Source: Candidatus Acidiferrum sp. (GTDB lineage Bacteria > Verrucomicrobiota > Verrucomicrobiia > Limisphaerales > UBA8199). From it: a DNA stretch of 64,000 bases. A program made the position numbers and the translations under genes. The notes beneath the pieces were generated by a model. It worked only from the letters and a program-made list of their open reading frames with translations, had not been told where the DNA came from and searched no databases. This document shows, piece after piece, positions 62,325-64,000 of this stretch; positions within the stretch are counted from its first letter, which is position 1; each line of letters begins with the position of its first letter. The stretch covers positions 127,052 to 191,051 of the forward strand of contig DATMRF010000117.1 in NCBI GenBank assembly GCA_035566435.1, in the 5' to 3' direction.

Positions 62325-63695
62325 TCAACGCTCTACGCTCCACGACCTGGGCACTTCTACCAAATCCGTCCGCGTGCGGCCATTCTCCGTGATCCGCGCG
62401 AGGAAATAAACACTCCCGTCCCGGCCGGTCGCGATCGAGTTGACATAAAGCGGCCGCTGGCCGTTCTCGTAAAAAACCGCACCGCGGTCGGCATATTTGG
62501 CTTTGGGGATATCGTAGGTGACCAGGTGCAAATCCTCGAGGCCCTTAGCCTCACCCATCGCCGTGCTGCTCTTGCCGGCGAGACGCTTGCCATCCACATA
62601 AATGGGCGCGCCCGTGAGATAATATAAAGTGCGGCCATCCGGTCCCAGCGTGAAGCCCAAGTACCCATAGCTGAACTGGTCGAACATGCCGCTCCGTTTT
62701 GACGTCTCGGAGGTGAGGCGGTCCAGCACTTCCAACCGGGGCGCGCTTGGGTCGAACCGGAACAGGTAGCCGGAATTGCCATGCACGCCGTAGAGCATTT
62801 TCCCTGGGGCATACCAGGCCGTCTGGCGCCAGTTGTAACCCATGTGCCCCGGCGAAGTCGGGTCGTAGAGCCCAAAATAATCTTTCCGCATGTCCTCGCC
62901 GGCAACGGGCTCAACGGAGTCCGTGTCCGGTCTGTAAACCAGGATGGTTCCCTCGGAAGTGGTAAACCAGGCGCGCCCAGTGCCAGGATCGACGCAGATG
63001 GAACGGCAGATGGTCCGGTAGGCGGCGCCCTTGCCGTTTTCTCCTTCGGCGCAGCTCTGGCCGAAATTCTTTAGATTGCGGGCCGCGAGGTCGTAACGAA
63101 AGAAATAGCCCGAAGGCCAGGTCAAACCAAAGAGCCGGCCCCGGTTGGTATCCATGTTCATTGCCAGGATGCCTTCCCGCGCCGGGGCAGTTGCAAGGTT
63201 TTCGAACCGGCCGGTCTTGAGGTCATAGGCCAGCAAATGGCCGCCCGGATAGGGCTGGTAGCCAGTTGGCGGCACACCCATTTTCTCCATGCCATCGATG
63301 ATGGTGTAAACCCCCACGTGCGACCCGAAGTAGAGCTTGCCGTTCGCCTCGACAAAATTGACATGGCTCTTGCCTTGAGGAATGGTTTTCAGCCGCTTTT
63401 CGCCGCACGCTTCCGTCAGGTCGCCCAGGTGCCGGATGCTTCTGCTCTTAGGCTCGAAGCGGTACATCTGCGCGCCGACATCAATGGATTCGGAGCTCAG
63501 CACGTAATAGATGTTTCCGTCGCTGCCGCGGCCCATCCCATTGTAGGTGTCATGCGCCTCCGGAAAACCGGAGTCATAGGTGCGCGCGATGAGACGTGGA
63601 GGAGAGGGCTCTTTTTGTGTTCCCGCGCTAGCGGCCATGCAGGGGGTGCAGGACCCTACAAAGATCGCAATGCCAATCATTACTAAACGGACCAT
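62325..63695 (-). CDS. Putative lipoprotein with a beta-propeller-like repeat architecture (hypothetical)
   Basis: Table ORF 62325..63728, trimmed to the verified ATG at 63695: MVRLVMIGIAIFVGSC (lipobox-like). It has repeated Y/F-x-x-x-G beta-strand patterns (LYFGSH, LFGLTW, YFLARI...). Confidence 0.5.
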   Translation of the reverse strand: MVRLVMIGIAIFVGSCTPCMAASAGTQKEPSPPRLIARTYDSGFPEAHDTYNGMGRGSDGNIYYVLSSESIDVGAQMYRFEPKSRSIRHLGDLTEACGEKRLKTIPQGKSHVNFVEANGKLYFGSHVGVYTIIDGMEKMGVPPTGYQPYPGGHLLAYDLKTGRFENLATAPAREGILAMNMDTNRGRLFGLTWPSGYFFRYDLAARNLKNFGQSCAEGENGKGAAYRTICRSICVDPGTGRAWFTTSEGTILVYRPDTDSVEPVAGEDMRKDYFGLYDPTSPGHMGYNWRQTAWYAPGKMLYGVHGNSGYLFRFDPSAPRLEVLDRLTSETSKRSGMFDQFSYGYLGFTLGPDGRTLYYLTGAPIYVDGKRLAGKSSTAMGEAKGLEDLHLVTYDIPKAKYADRGAVFYENGQRPLYVNSIATGRDGSVYFLARITENGRTRTDLVEVPRSWSVER

Positions 63696-64000
63696 CCGCC
63701 TGAATATTGAACCACCCGAATCCCGCACGCAATGTGTTTGATGTGAGGGATTACCGAGAGGCTAAAGTGCTCCGGCGCGGCAGACGACTTTGGGCCAAAC
63801 TACGCACCACGCTTCACGTTTCACGCATCACGAATCCCGCAGCCCGCATGACGTATCACGCATCACTCTTCCCCCTCCGTTCAATCGTTGTGCCTGACCT
63901 CCCGCGTTGGCAGACTCACCCCCTCATTGAAACACGCGCCCGATACTGAGCCATCGAGGTCGGAGGCCCGGCTGGGGATTATCCTCGGTGTCGGGGCGGT

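Overview
High-GC (~60%) bacterial chromosomal segment with a Verrucomicrobiota-like gene repertoire. The evidence for that guess is the many prepilin-type 'AFTL(I/M)E' N-termini, a choice-of-anchor-Q-type beta-helix protein, several glycoside hydrolases, BNR propellers and CRTAC1/ASPIC proteins. I call about 50 protein-coding genes, one tRNA-Leu(CAA), three pseudogene-like remnants and at least six families of short dispersed repeats. Many of the table's long ORFs (for example 112..879+, 6417..7832-, 14050..15645-, 59786..61123-) are antisense shadow ORFs typical of high-GC DNA and were not called. Gene content in order: a Mu-like terminase small and large subunit pair at the left edge; two mirror-image minor-pilin modules (pseudopilin, pseudopilin, PilX-like) around a shared divergent promoter, with the plus-strand module continuing into a membrane-anchored receiver protein and a stand-alone CheY-like regulator; a secreted PilX-related protein; GH43, YciI, SRPBCC, a BNR propeller translationally coupled to a MoaD/ThiS-like GG protein, DoxX, a VOC protein, an alpha/beta hydrolase and a retropepsin-like protease; a beta-helix protein, a PQQ/BamB-like propeller, a TPR protein, a 12-repeat BNR propeller, a B12-binding radical SAM protein and GH32; a lower-GC flotillin island; an HGSNAT-like acyltransferase; two tandem CRTAC1-family genes flanked by transposase remnants; GT2, GlnE, a TrmH-family methyltransferase, an MBL-fold hydrolase, ArfB, YmdB, a LysM protein, PaaK, a DCC-LMF1 fusion protein, GH76-CBM and beta-propeller proteins. 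No recognisable defence system (CRISPR, restriction-modification, reverse transcriptase and similar) was found. The most unusual signals are non-coding. First, a ~2.2 kb ORF-free, lower-GC region (42640-44810) carries about 20 same-strand TGTCAC hexamers, tandem duplications and perfect palindromes. Second, an ORF-tolerant 15-bp-unit repeat element is inserted in-frame into glnE and a GT2 gene as well as at intergenic sites. Third, a conserved ~70-aa domain ending in an aromatic-aromatic-Arg motif (FYR, FFR or YYR) is shared by four secreted proteins.
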